Notes: generated by a model not told the origin, from the letters alone. A stretch of DNA of 48,624 nucleotides from Candidatus Pacearchaeota archaeon (GCA_002688875.1 NZDU01000041.1:1-48624); one strand, 5' to 3'. Counted from the stretch's first letter, positions 26,454-34,440 are shown. Program-made: numbers and translations.

Positions 26454-26869
26454 GTATAGGCTCTCCTGGTTTCTAGTAAAGTTTCTTTCCCTGTTTCTAA
26501 ATCAACTCTGGTTATTTCTGATCTCATTAATCCAAAACCTCTTATACCAAACAAAAATCTTGTTTCATAAACTAAAAATTCTTGAGATTGTTCGGTATTT
26601 CTAAGGTCATATACGTTTGTTCCTTCTGAAAACCATCCTTTATAGTAATTGATTCTAAATTGACGGTCATTTAAGGATGGGATGGTTATTTGAATATCTG
26701 TTCTCCATATACTTCTATCTATTTTCGGATTGTTATCATATAGTAGATTTCTAGCTAGTTTATGCAATTTTAACCTTGGACCTGTTCTTTCTCTTACTAA
26801 GTTTATTTTTCTGATTAGGTCTCCCAAGTTTTCACATTGATCTTCTATGCTTTGTCTAGTGGTTGTCAT
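26450..26869 (-). CDS. Hypothetical protein (139 aa), unskewed class, first gene of a 4-gene operon
   Basis: ORF track. ATGA overlap with the decarboxylase start. Confidence 0.5.
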   Translation of the reverse strand: MTTTRQSIEDQCENLGDLIRKINLVRERTGPRLKLHKLARNLLYDNNPKIDRSIWRTDIQITIPSLNDRQFRINYYKGWFSEGTNVYDLRNTEQSQEFLVYETRFLFGIRGFGLMRSEITRVDLETGKETLLETRRAYT

Positions 26870-26892
26870 ATTATTTAGTTAGTTGACGATTC

Positions 26893-26901
26893 TTTTATAA
26901 A
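26893..26901. promoter_or_regulatory. Near-palindromic TATA box (ttttataaa) shared by divergent genes
   Basis: Lies 24 nt from the minus-strand ATG (26869) and 22 nt from the plus-strand ATG (26923). Confidence 0.5.
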
Positions 26902-26922
26902 GGTTTCTTTTTATGGTTTGTT

Positions 26923-27492
26923 ATGTATAATTTTGATAATTCGAAGAAGAGTATTCTTGGGAAGGAAGATAAGAGTAGTATTGGGGAGGTTGATAGTAGG
27001 ATAGTTGGGTTGTGCGATGTTGTGAATGGTAGGGATGATATGTTTACGACTAGTTCGTGTAGTGGGAGGGTTGTTTTGATAAGGGATTCGGATAAGAAGG
27101 AAAGTGGGTTGTTTTTGTTTAGGTCCCATGAGTTGATTTCGTTTGAGGAATTGAAGAGGGAGATTGAGAGGGTTGCTGGGGAGGTTTCTAGTGGAATGGT
27201 TATGTTTAAGCAGGAGCCGTGTTTGTTGGTTGTTTCGTGTAAGGATGATGGGGTGATGGATTGGTTGTTTGGAATTGCTAGGAATAATGGGTGGAAGAAA
27301 TCGGGGGTTTTGGGGGGTAAGAAGAGGTTGGTTGAGTTGATGAGTAGTGGTTCGTTGGAGTTTCCGGTTGCTAAGGATGGGAGGGTTTTGGTTGATGATT
27401 CTTTTTTGAAAGTTGTGGTTGAGAGGGCGAATAGGAATCTTGTTAGGAGTTGGGAAAGGATTGGGGGATTGAAGGGGATGATAGAGGGCTAG
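26923..27492 (+). CDS. taw3: tRNA wyosine-derivative methyltransferase Taw3/TYW3
   Basis: DKSSIGEVDSRIVGLCDVVN...MFTTSSCSGRV is the TYW3 signature. Confidence 0.8.
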   Translation: MYNFDNSKKSILGKEDKSSIGEVDSRIVGLCDVVNGRDDMFTTSSCSGRVVLIRDSDKKESGLFLFRSHELISFEELKREIERVAGEVSSGMVMFKQEPCLLVVSCKDDGVMDWLFGIARNNGWKKSGVLGGKKRLVELMSSGSLEFPVAKDGRVLVDDSFLKVVVERANRNLVRSWERIGGLKGMIEG

Positions 27493-27569
27493 TAATTTTA
27501 TATAATCGGGTAGATTATCTATTAGTAGATTATAACTTATTTTAAATACTGGTTTTGTTAAGTTTGGTA

Positions 27570-28160
27570 ATGGCAACAAGTCCTTTAGTTAGTAATAAAC
27601 AAATACATGGTGTTGCTGGTGCTTATGAGGTTTTTAAGGAACTGGATTTACAAAGGTTTAGGGAGGGAGGGTTTACGACTAAAGTTGTGTATTATTTTGG
27701 AAAAGGCAACACTCCACAGGGATCTGAATCTGCTTTATTTAAGGGGGTTGCATTGTGTTATCAAAGAGTTTTTCTTCCAAGTCCGGTTTATACTTTTGAC
27801 AATCAACTTTCTAATAAAGGAGTTCTTCTAGCTACTGTTCTAAATGAACCTCCAAAAAAACTAGAATTTTGTCTGACTGCACGAACAGACTCAGAATATT
27901 TTGGATTACAGGAATTTAGAGATCGGTCTGTACCAGAACTATTTGCACGAGGGTATGATAGAGATAATCTGGATCATGACTCTGTATTTTGGCTTCATCT
28001 TGGTAAGGGAGAACCAGAAGAAGAGCCTTTTATTTCTGTAAGTTCTCATGGACTTTGGGTGCAAAGGGATTCCTTGGATGGTAGGACGGTTTTCACTGAA
28101 CGAGATTTAGATGGGTTTCGTTCTTTATCTAATTCTTCTTTATCACATAAAAATTTATAA
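27570..28160 (+). CDS. Hypothetical protein (196 aa), unskewed class
   Basis: ORF track, with the start moved to the ATG at 27570. Confidence 0.5.
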   Translation: MATSPLVSNKQIHGVAGAYEVFKELDLQRFREGGFTTKVVYYFGKGNTPQGSESALFKGVALCYQRVFLPSPVYTFDNQLSNKGVLLATVLNEPPKKLEFCLTARTDSEYFGLQEFRDRSVPELFARGYDRDNLDHDSVFWLHLGKGEPEEEPFISVSSHGLWVQRDSLDGRTVFTERDLDGFRSLSNSSLSHKNL

Positions 28161-28406
28161 AGAAAAAGGAACTAGGTATTTTATAAAAAGGTGAAAATTA
28201 AAATTCACTGATAGTTAAATGACTAGAATTACAGGGTCATTTATTCATAATCAATTTTATCATGGGGGTGATCAAATTGAATAAGGAGGTGATCTCTTTT
28301 TTGTGTACTTAGTTGAACCTTAAGTTCTAATAAATAATGCAACACTTATATATAAATGTTGTGTTGAAAAACGAATAGATGTAAGGAGGAATAAAAAGAA
28401 GAGAAA

Positions 28407-29489
28407 ATGGTTTTAGATTTTGCGAAAGAGGCGATCGATAATTTAGATAGTCATAGTATTAACTTTGACGAGCTGAAGGCAGGTAAGGCTAACATTAAGG
28501 TGTTTGGTGTTGGAGGGGCTGGTGGGAATGCGGTTACTTGGCTTTTTAATAAAGGTATTAATGGGGCGGGAGTTTATGCTGCGAATACTGATGCTTTGCA
28601 CTTGAGTATTACCAAGGCTGATGAGAAGATCCTTATTGGAAAGGAGTTGACTCGAGGTTTAGGTGCTGGAGGTAAAAGTGAAGTTGGTCGTGAGGCTGCT
28701 AAAGAATCTATTTCTGAGATTAAGAAGGCTGTAAATGGAAGTGATATGACGTTTATCATTGGGGGTATGGGTGGTGGAACTGCAACTGGAGCATGTCCTG
28801 TAATTGCGCAGATGGCTAAGGAAGCCGGTGCTGTTGTAATTGGGGTTGTGACTATGCCTTTTGAATGTGAGAAAGCTAGAATTGATAAAGCTGAATTTGG
28901 CTTGCAAGAACTTAGGGATCATGTTGATACTGCTATTGTTATTGATAATAATAGATTGGTTGATATTGCTGGTCAGTTGCCTATTCAACAGGCCTTTGCT
29001 GTGGCTAATGAGTTGATTAGTACGATGATTAAGGGAATTGTTGAGACGATTACTTTGCCGAGTTTGATTAATTTGGACTATGCTGATGTTAGTACGATTA
29101 TGAAGAAGGGCGAGGTTGCTGTTATTGGTATTGGCGAGGCGGATTCGAGTGATAGGGTAAACGAGGCCGTTAGACAGGCTCTTACACATCCATTGTTAGA
29201 CGTGGATTATAGAGGTGCTAGCGGAGCTTTGATACATATTACTTGTGGTCCAGATATGAAGCTTGAGGAATTTAGTCAGGTTGGTAAGTTGATTACCGAG
29301 AATATTGCGGCTGAGGCTCAGGTTATTATTGGTGCCAGAATTAACAAAGACTTTGAAGGTAAGGTTAGAGTTATTACAATAATGACTGGAGTTAATAGCC
29401 CGTATATTTTGGGTAAGCAGAGAATTCAAGATCTTGAAGTAGCTAGTCATTCAGAGTTCAACGAATTAGGAATAGATGTTGTTAGATAA
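28407..29489 (+). CDS. ftsZ: Cell division GTPase FtsZ
   Basis: GVGGAGGNA, GGMGGGTATG and NLDYADV motifs. aaggagg lies about 17 nt upstream. Confidence 0.95.
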   Translation: MVLDFAKEAIDNLDSHSINFDELKAGKANIKVFGVGGAGGNAVTWLFNKGINGAGVYAANTDALHLSITKADEKILIGKELTRGLGAGGKSEVGREAAKESISEIKKAVNGSDMTFIIGGMGGGTATGACPVIAQMAKEAGAVVIGVVTMPFECEKARIDKAEFGLQELRDHVDTAIVIDNNRLVDIAGQLPIQQAFAVANELISTMIKGIVETITLPSLINLDYADVSTIMKKGEVAVIGIGEADSSDRVNEAVRQALTHPLLDVDYRGASGALIHITCGPDMKLEEFSQVGKLITENIAAEAQVIIGARINKDFEGKVRVITIMTGVNSPYILGKQRIQDLEVASHSEFNELGIDVVR

Positions 29490-29525
29490 AGATAGTTAAG
29501 GGGAAGTCCATGTCTTATTTTTTAT

Positions 29526-29560
29526 GCCCGCTCTGGAGAAATCCGGGGTGGGCTTTTTTT
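29526..29560 (+). terminator. Stem-loop with a GAAA tetraloop followed by T7, downstream of ftsZ
   Basis: gcccgctctgga-GAAA-tccggggtgggc forms 12 bp including 3 G-U pairs, followed by ttttttt (29554-29560). A T6 run also lies at 29518-29523. Confidence 0.55.
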
Positions 29561-29612
29561 ATGTTTTTATGATAATACAAATGTTTAAAAGAGGAGTTTT
29601 CGATTTTCATGT

Positions 29613-29828
29613 ATGAGTGATGTTTTTGATGAAGGAGAAGTTCGGAAGAGTCTGGAAATGGCTAAGGAAGTTGAGTTGCAACCGTTTGAGCAGGCTGTGG
29701 CTCGGATGGCGAGGGAGGAGGGGGGGATTGATTTGAATGATAAGGATATAATTGCTATTCATAGAGTTTGTAATTTGTGTGATGAGATTTTGAGGAAGCA
29801 GTTTAATGGGAAGAGTTCTGGTAAGTAG
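29613..29828 (+). CDS. Hypothetical protein (71 aa), skewed (resident) class
   Basis: ORF track. G/T-ending codons. Confidence 0.45.
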   Translation: MSDVFDEGEVRKSLEMAKEVELQPFEQAVARMAREEGGIDLNDKDIIAIHRVCNLCDEILRKQFNGKSSGK

Positions 29829-29954
29829 GTTTTTCTTTTTCTTGGTAGTCTGATAATAGCCATGATTCTGAATCTTTTGTTATGTTTGTAGAACTTGGGA
29901 GATTAGATAAATCAATATATAGATTTCCAATTCCAAATGCTCTTTCGATTCCCA

Positions 29955-30524
29955 TTACATATCTCCTCGTCTTAATTTCTTTAGAGGTTTGTAGAATCTG
30001 TTTCCGTATGCGTTGAAGAATAGACGGCCGGTTAGTTCGGGTTTTTTTCTTTGTTTTGATATTGTTTTGTCTCTGTCCATTTTATATCCAAAGGTCATGA
30101 CTAGTTCTATTTCTTCTGGTGAGTTTATTGCGTTTTCTATTGTTGCTTCTGAGAAGGCTCCGATCCAGCTTCCTGAGAGGCCTAGTGAGCTTGCTTTTAA
30201 TAGTATGATTTGTGCTGCTGCTCCGGCATGGTGTTTGATGTATTTTTTTGCGCGTTTGTCGAAGAGTCTTTTTGCTTGGGTGTCTTTAGAGGTCATTACG
30301 ATGACGTAGGGTGCTTTTTCGATGTGTCTTTGTTGGCAACCTTCGGCTATGTCTTTTATGATGTCTGGGTCGTCTACTATTGTGAAAGATAGGATGTGGA
30401 TGTTGCCGTGTGTGAATGCTTTGTTTGCGGTTTCTACTAATTCAACTATGTCTTCTATAGGGGGTTTCTCGTTTGTGTATTTTCTTATTTGGACTGTGTT
30501 TGTTATTGCTTCGTCGAGTTCCAT
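29955..30524 (-). CDS. Nitroreductase-family protein
   Basis: IRKYTNEKPPIEDIVELVETA... and GSWIGAF... match the nitroreductase-fold pattern. Confidence 0.75.
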   Translation of the reverse strand: MELDEAITNTVQIRKYTNEKPPIEDIVELVETANKAFTHGNIHILSFTIVDDPDIIKDIAEGCQQRHIEKAPYVIVMTSKDTQAKRLFDKRAKKYIKHHAGAAAQIILLKASSLGLSGSWIGAFSEATIENAINSPEEIELVMTFGYKMDRDKTISKQRKKPELTGRLFFNAYGNRFYKPLKKLRRGDM

Positions 30525-30579
30525 TTTTATAAAAGGGGAAGGGGTTATAAAAAGGTTTTGTGGATGTATGAGTGAATGG

Positions 30580-30625
30580 ATTGTAGGTAGTGTAATGTAG
30601 GTGTTTGAGATACGTAAGTGTTCTT
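30580..30625 (+). repeat. Modular intergenic element, copy L2 (M1 + TATA-like + M2, no hairpin)
   Basis: attgtaggtagtgtaatgtaggtgtttgagatacgtaagtgttctt aligns along its length with the mcm-upstream copy at 40652-40716. Confidence 0.6.
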
Positions 30626-30645
30626 GATAGATGTTTGTAAAAAAA

Positions 30646-30718
30646 CGTCCCGGGCTGGACTCGAACCAACGACAACGCGATTAACAGTCGCGCGCTCTAC
30701 CAACTGAGCTACCGGGAC
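30646..30718 (-). tRNA. tRNA-Asn (GTT)
   Basis: Manual cloverleaf: GTCCCGG-TA-GCTC-AGTTGGTA-GAGC-G-CGCGA-CTGTTAA-TCGCG-TTGTC-GTTGG-TTCGAGT-CCAGC-CCGGGAC-G. No encoded CCA. T7 run follows. TATA tttaaata lies about 33 nt upstream. Confidence 0.9.
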
Positions 30719-30768
30719 ACCTAGTAATTTTAGAGAGAAATGGTATTTAAATTTATTCATTTGTTAGT

Positions 30769-31275
30769 TCAATCTTCCGATAAAGGTTCTTCTTGGTTTT
30801 TCTTTTTTCTGTGTCTTTCTAATCTGCCGTAGACGTGGCCTTGTTTGCTTCCTTGGACTAAAGATGTGATTGATTGGATTGCGTCGTCCATTTCTTCGGC
30901 TGGGCCGATGATTCCGATTTGGTTGTCGTGGAGTGAGAGGTTGCAGTTTGTTAGGTTGCTTAGGGTTTTGAGGGTTCTTCCGTGGGTTCCGATGATTCTT
31001 GCTCGGACTCTTTCTAGATCGTTTCTTTTGGTTAAGTCTTTTATGTTTAGGGTTTGTAAGATAATATTTTCGTTAGTTAAGTCTAATGCTGAGTGGGCTG
31101 AGAAACCTAGGTTGATTGCTTCGAGAACTTCTAGGGCTATGAATTCTTTGTCGGCTTTTCCTGTTGCGAAGACGTTTTTGCCTTTGTTTGTTAGTTTGAT
31201 GTTTAGCTCTGTCTCTATCTTTTTTTTGTTCGTTAGAACTTCTTTGAGGTTTTCGATGTATATTTCTTGTACCAT
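30769..31275 (-). CDS. KH-domain RNA-binding protein (Pno1/Dim2-like)
   Basis: Two KH-like modules (IIGTHGRTLKTL, IGIIGPAEEMD). Start placed at the internal ATG (MVQEIYIENL). The track start at 31338 is possible but would overlap the upstream ORF. Confidence 0.7.
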   Translation of the reverse strand: MVQEIYIENLKEVLTNKKKIETELNIKLTNKGKNVFATGKADKEFIALEVLEAINLGFSAHSALDLTNENIILQTLNIKDLTKRNDLERVRARIIGTHGRTLKTLSNLTNCNLSLHDNQIGIIGPAEEMDDAIQSITSLVQGSKQGHVYGRLERHRKKKNQEEPLSED

Positions 31276-31312
31276 TCCATATGAAGTTGATAGGGGTTTA
31301 TATTTTTTGTTG

Positions 31313-31594
31313 TTAGAAGTATTTGCTTGATTCTTCAACTAAACTTTGTTTTTTATTATATGCTGATTTGTAGGTTTGGAGTTCAATAGGTGAAAGTCTA
31401 CTTCTTAATGCGTTTATTCCTAAGGGCCCTCTTTGTTCCTGATTTTGTTCTTCTCTCATGATAATTGCTGCTAATTCGCCTATTTCTTTTGATGATGCCT
31501 TTCTTTTTAGATTGTTGATATATGTTAAAAGGAACATACTGAAAGCTCTGCTAGAATAATTCTTCTTACTGGAGGGAGGTTCTACTTCGTCCAT
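31313..31594 (-). CDS. Hypothetical protein (93 aa), unskewed class
   Basis: ORF track. Confidence 0.45.
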   Translation of the reverse strand: MDEVEPPSSKKNYSSRAFSMFLLTYINNLKRKASSKEIGELAAIIMREEQNQEQRGPLGINALRSRLSPIELQTYKSAYNKKQSLVEESSKYF

Positions 31595-31704
31595 TTTGGT
31601 GATTTAGAATAGTTGAATGGGTTAATAAGTCTTGTTATTTGTGGGAATCAATCTATTTAATAGAGAAGATAAATATTTATAATAGCAAAGATATATAAAA
31701 TTTC

Positions 31705-32109
31705 ATGGCAGGTCGTGTGACTTTAGATAAATTTGATGTTTTTTATGATTTAAGAGGTTCTTTTCCTAATAATGAGGCTCTTGGAGAAAGGACTAGTGTT
31801 GATAGATTTGGAAAATTATTGGAAATGATTGGTGAATGTTCTAACATTAAAGATACGTTTATTACGAGTTATGGTTCGAATGAGAAGTTTATGTTTGATG
31901 AGGTTAGTGTAGGCCAAACGGGAGTCACTGTTAACCCTGTTATTCTTAGTTATAAGGATGGAGGATTTGAATATCTAAAAGGTTTTGCGGGAAGTGGGAA
32001 GGCCGGATTTAAGTATAATTGTAGATTGGTTGTTCCTAGTGATAGATTTATTTTATTTTACACTCATAAGGTTGAAGATGAAAAATTGTTAGCTGAAGTT
32101 TCTAAATAA
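31705..32109 (+). CDS. Hypothetical protein (134 aa), unskewed class
   Basis: ORF track. TATA atttataat lies about 28 nt upstream. Its stop is 1 nt from the stop of the convergent aIF1A gene. Confidence 0.5.
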   Translation: MAGRVTLDKFDVFYDLRGSFPNNEALGERTSVDRFGKLLEMIGECSNIKDTFITSYGSNEKFMFDEVSVGQTGVTVNPVILSYKDGGFEYLKGFAGSGKAGFKYNCRLVVPSDRFILFYTHKVEDEKLLAEVSK

Positions 32110-32110
32110 T

Positions 32111-32470
32111 TTAAAACTCACTAGAAACTTCTTTGATGAATCCTTTCTTTTTTAGCCAGTCTATTGCTGCTGGGGTGTATTTGAATAGGATGTCGCCTTT
32201 TTTGTCTCCTTCGAATTCCCAAGGTTTTACGATTACTGTGTCGCCGGGACGGATCCAGAGTCTTCTTCTTAGGGATCCTGGGATTCTGCAGTTTCGTTCT
32301 TTGTCGTCTAGGCATTTTACTATCATTCGGTTTCCGCCGACTCGTTGTTCGACCATTCCTATGACTTCGCCTTCTCTTGGGGTTCTGACTCTGACTACTT
32401 CTGTTGAAACAGCAGGGCGTGGTGCGTTTTTCTTTGATTTGTCTTTTGGTTTTGGTTTTTTTATGTACAT
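32111..32470 (-). CDS. eif1a: Translation initiation factor aIF1A
   Basis: RVRTPREGEVIGMVEQRVGGNRMIVKCLDDKERNCRIPGSLRRRLWIRPGDTVIV (S1-like OB fold). Confidence 0.9.
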   Translation of the reverse strand: MYIKKPKPKDKSKKNAPRPAVSTEVVRVRTPREGEVIGMVEQRVGGNRMIVKCLDDKERNCRIPGSLRRRLWIRPGDTVIVKPWEFEGDKKGDILFKYTPAAIDWLKKKGFIKEVSSEF

Positions 32471-32637
32471 GGTAATGTGTAAGAAATTAGGTATATAAGT
32501 GTTGGGTTGGTGTTAAGAAAAGTGTATTTTTTAGAGAAAGATTTATGCTGGTCTCAACATCCATAATCTTTGTACGGCTTCTCTTAGTTCTCTGATTTCA
32601 GGATATTCTTGAAATTCAAAATTCTCATGTTCTTCAA

Positions 32638-32955
32638 TTATTTCTTCCTCGGTTTCTTGTTTTTCATCCATTTTAATTCTTCTTTATATTTGTATATAAG
32701 TGAGTCTTTGTTATAAAGTTTGCTATTTAATTTATTGATTAAGTTAGTTACATGAATTATTTCTTTTTTATATTTTTTTTCAATTAGGTGTTCTGCATAA
32801 TAGTTTCCTGTAATGTAGATTGATGGAAGGAGTATGACTTCTATAGTTAGGATTAGGATTGCGTAATCTGGGAAGAGATAACTTAGAAGGATGAAAATTA
32901 TTGCAGTAGTTGTCGCTATGAGTGTGATGATTACTCTTATATGGGTTAGTATCAT
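32638..32955 (-). CDS. Small membrane protein (105 aa)
   Basis: Two hydrophobic helices followed by a Lys-rich tail. Confidence 0.5.
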   Translation of the reverse strand: MILTHIRVIITLIATTTAIIFILLSYLFPDYAILILTIEVILLPSIYITGNYYAEHLIEKKYKKEIIHVTNLINKLNSKLYNKDSLIYKYKEELKWMKNKKPRKK

Positions 32956-33011
32956 TATTATTTTAAGGTGAAGGGTCTTAAATTATTTTGCGTGGTTTTT
33001 GAGTTGAGTGT

Positions 33012-33308
33012 TTAGAACAATCCCAATGCAACTGGTATGTTATCAATCTTCATAACCCCTTCTTGATTGATGATTCCTGCTTCTAATGCGGTTTCTACTG
33101 ATTCTTTGCCTACTATGTTGAATGTTGCGTCTTCTTGGTTCATTTCTTTTAGAATCTGGATTATTTCTTCTTTTGTTTTTTTGTCTCCTTCGAAGAAGTT
33201 GGGTCTGACTTCTATTTGTTTGATTCCTTCTATGAAGGTTTGACCTATTATGTCTGAGTCGGCTAAGGCGACTATGCTTCTGTATGCTTCGTGTATTTTT
33301 ATGTGCAT
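33012..33308 (-). CDS. DUF424-family protein
   Basis: MHIKIHEAY..IVALADSDIIGQTF.EG...IEV...FFEGD...NIVGKESV... matches archaeal DUF424. Confidence 0.65.
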   Translation of the reverse strand: MHIKIHEAYRSIVALADSDIIGQTFIEGIKQIEVRPNFFEGDKKTKEEIIQILKEMNQEDATFNIVGKESVETALEAGIINQEGVMKIDNIPVALGLF

Positions 33309-33428
33309 CTCGTATGAAAATCCAGGAACCTAGGTTTCTAGATGCGACCTCCTGTTTTATTGTTCTGACAAGTCACCTTTCCTAGGTAACCTGGCGGTTT
33401 ATTTATTTTGATTGTTGGTTGTTATAAT

Positions 33429-33533
33429 GCTCCGCTACCCACTTCGTTGGGTAGCTCCGCATATTTTATTGGTAAGTTATAATTACAAGGAGAGTTTTGT
33501 AAGTATTCTCTTTGTGAGATGAGTGTTTCTCCT
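33429..33533 (+). repeat. Modular intergenic element, copy L3 (hairpin + M1 + TATA-like + M2)
   Basis: Hairpin ctaccca-CTTCG-ttgggtag (33435-33454), attggta (33467-33473), tataat, then ttctctttgtgagatgagtgtt (33506-33527), identical over 22 nt to 40690-40711. Confidence 0.75.
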
Positions 33534-33633
33534 TGTTAGGGGGTTTGTTTCCTCTTGCTTGTATGTGTGATTAGGTGTTGAGATATATAAAAATATCTGT
33601 TAGAAGGTATATAAAAAATAAAAATAAAAATTA

Positions 33634-33777
33634 TTAGTCTACTTTGAATGTGCAAACAGTTGTTCCGCATGTTGGGCATTTACCCTTCATCATGTCTTTA
33701 CCCTTTGAAGTTTTGGTCTTCTGAGCGTCTTTGATTTCTGTTTTTGCTTTGCACTTTACACAATATCCATTGGCCAT
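33634..33777 (-). CDS. Small zinc-ribbon protein (DUF5679-like), 47 aa
   Basis: Own translation: MANGYCVKCKAKTEIKDAQKTKTSKGKDMMKGKCPTCGTTVCTFKVD (CxxC...CxxC). ggagg lies 8 nt upstream and T-runs follow the stop. It falls below the ORF-track cutoff. Confidence 0.6.
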   Translation of the reverse strand: MANGYCVKCKAKTEIKDAQKTKTSKGKDMMKGKCPTCGTTVCTFKVD

Positions 33778-33922
33778 ATTTTTTTATCCTCCCTTGTAAT
33801 TTAAGGTCTTTTGATGATTTAGCTATGTTTTATTGGTATTTAAAGGTTGTTTAAGTGTGGGGAGGGGGTTTTTTGGGTGTGGGGAAGGGAGGGGTTCGGG
33901 GGAATTGGGGGGTTTTGTAGAA

Positions 33923-34333
33923 TTAAATCTTACTCCTAACGCTATGCTTCGCGCCACAAGCTAAACAATGTAGGAATGAGAAGCCTTTTTCTTTGATGAT
34001 TTCGGTGTCGGGTTTTTTGCATTGAGTGCATAGGACGAATTCTTTAGTGTAGTCTTGGATTTTTTCGTTGATTTTTTGGGAGTTTATTTTTCTTTGGAGG
34101 ATTACGCGGTTGTTTTTTATGGATCCTGAGGTTGCTAGTTCTCTTAATAGGAATTTTAGTAAGTGTTCTTGGTCGCGTCTTAGATATGAGGCTACTTGTG
34201 GGAAGTTTGTTAGGATTGTTTTGGTTCCTTCTAGGTGGCCTTCTATTTTTGGGATTTCGAATCTTGCGTTGGATTTCTCAATGGGTTTGAGGTCTTTGTA
34301 TGCTTCGTTCAATAAAGTTTCGTAGGTTTCCAT
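33923..34333 (-). CDS. eif2b: Translation initiation factor aIF2 beta subunit
   Basis: YETLLNEAY...RFEIPK..., FVLCTQCKKPDT...CLACGA (zinc ribbon). Confidence 0.9.
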   Translation of the reverse strand: METYETLLNEAYKDLKPIEKSNARFEIPKIEGHLEGTKTILTNFPQVASYLRRDQEHLLKFLLRELATSGSIKNNRVILQRKINSQKINEKIQDYTKEFVLCTQCKKPDTEIIKEKGFSFLHCLACGAKHSVRSKI

Positions 34334-34440
34334 GGTGTTTGAGGGTAAATGGGGTTTAAAAATGTTTAGAGCTGTATTTGTGTGTAATTTTTTGATTTAG
34401 GGATAGGAAGGTTTATAAAATAGATTTTTGTAGTTTTCTG

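Noticed and set aside
29803-29955. 50-aa minus-strand ORF (MGIERAFGIGNLYIDLSNLP...) whose ATG shares one base with the nitroreductase stop (TAATG).
   Set aside because: It is short, has no motif, and overlaps the 3' end of plus-strand ORF 29613-29828 by 26 nt. It would fit the orphan-after-core-gene pattern but cannot be supported from sequence alone.
32543-32671. 42-aa acidic minus-strand ORF (MDEKQETEEEIIEEHENFEFQEYPEIRELREAVQRLWMLRPA).
   Set aside because: It overlaps the last 11 codons of 32638-32955 in another frame. It is plausible but unsupported.
33309-33633. Large non-coding gap, considered as an SRP RNA, RNase P RNA, C/D-box sRNA or intron-containing tRNA.
   Set aside because: I could not find SRP helix-8 or RNase P conserved motifs, a cloverleaf, or proper C (RUGAUGA) / D (CUGA) box pairs. 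GAGATGA is only a 6/7 match and is in the wrong order relative to CTGA. It is reported instead as a repeat element plus structured leader.
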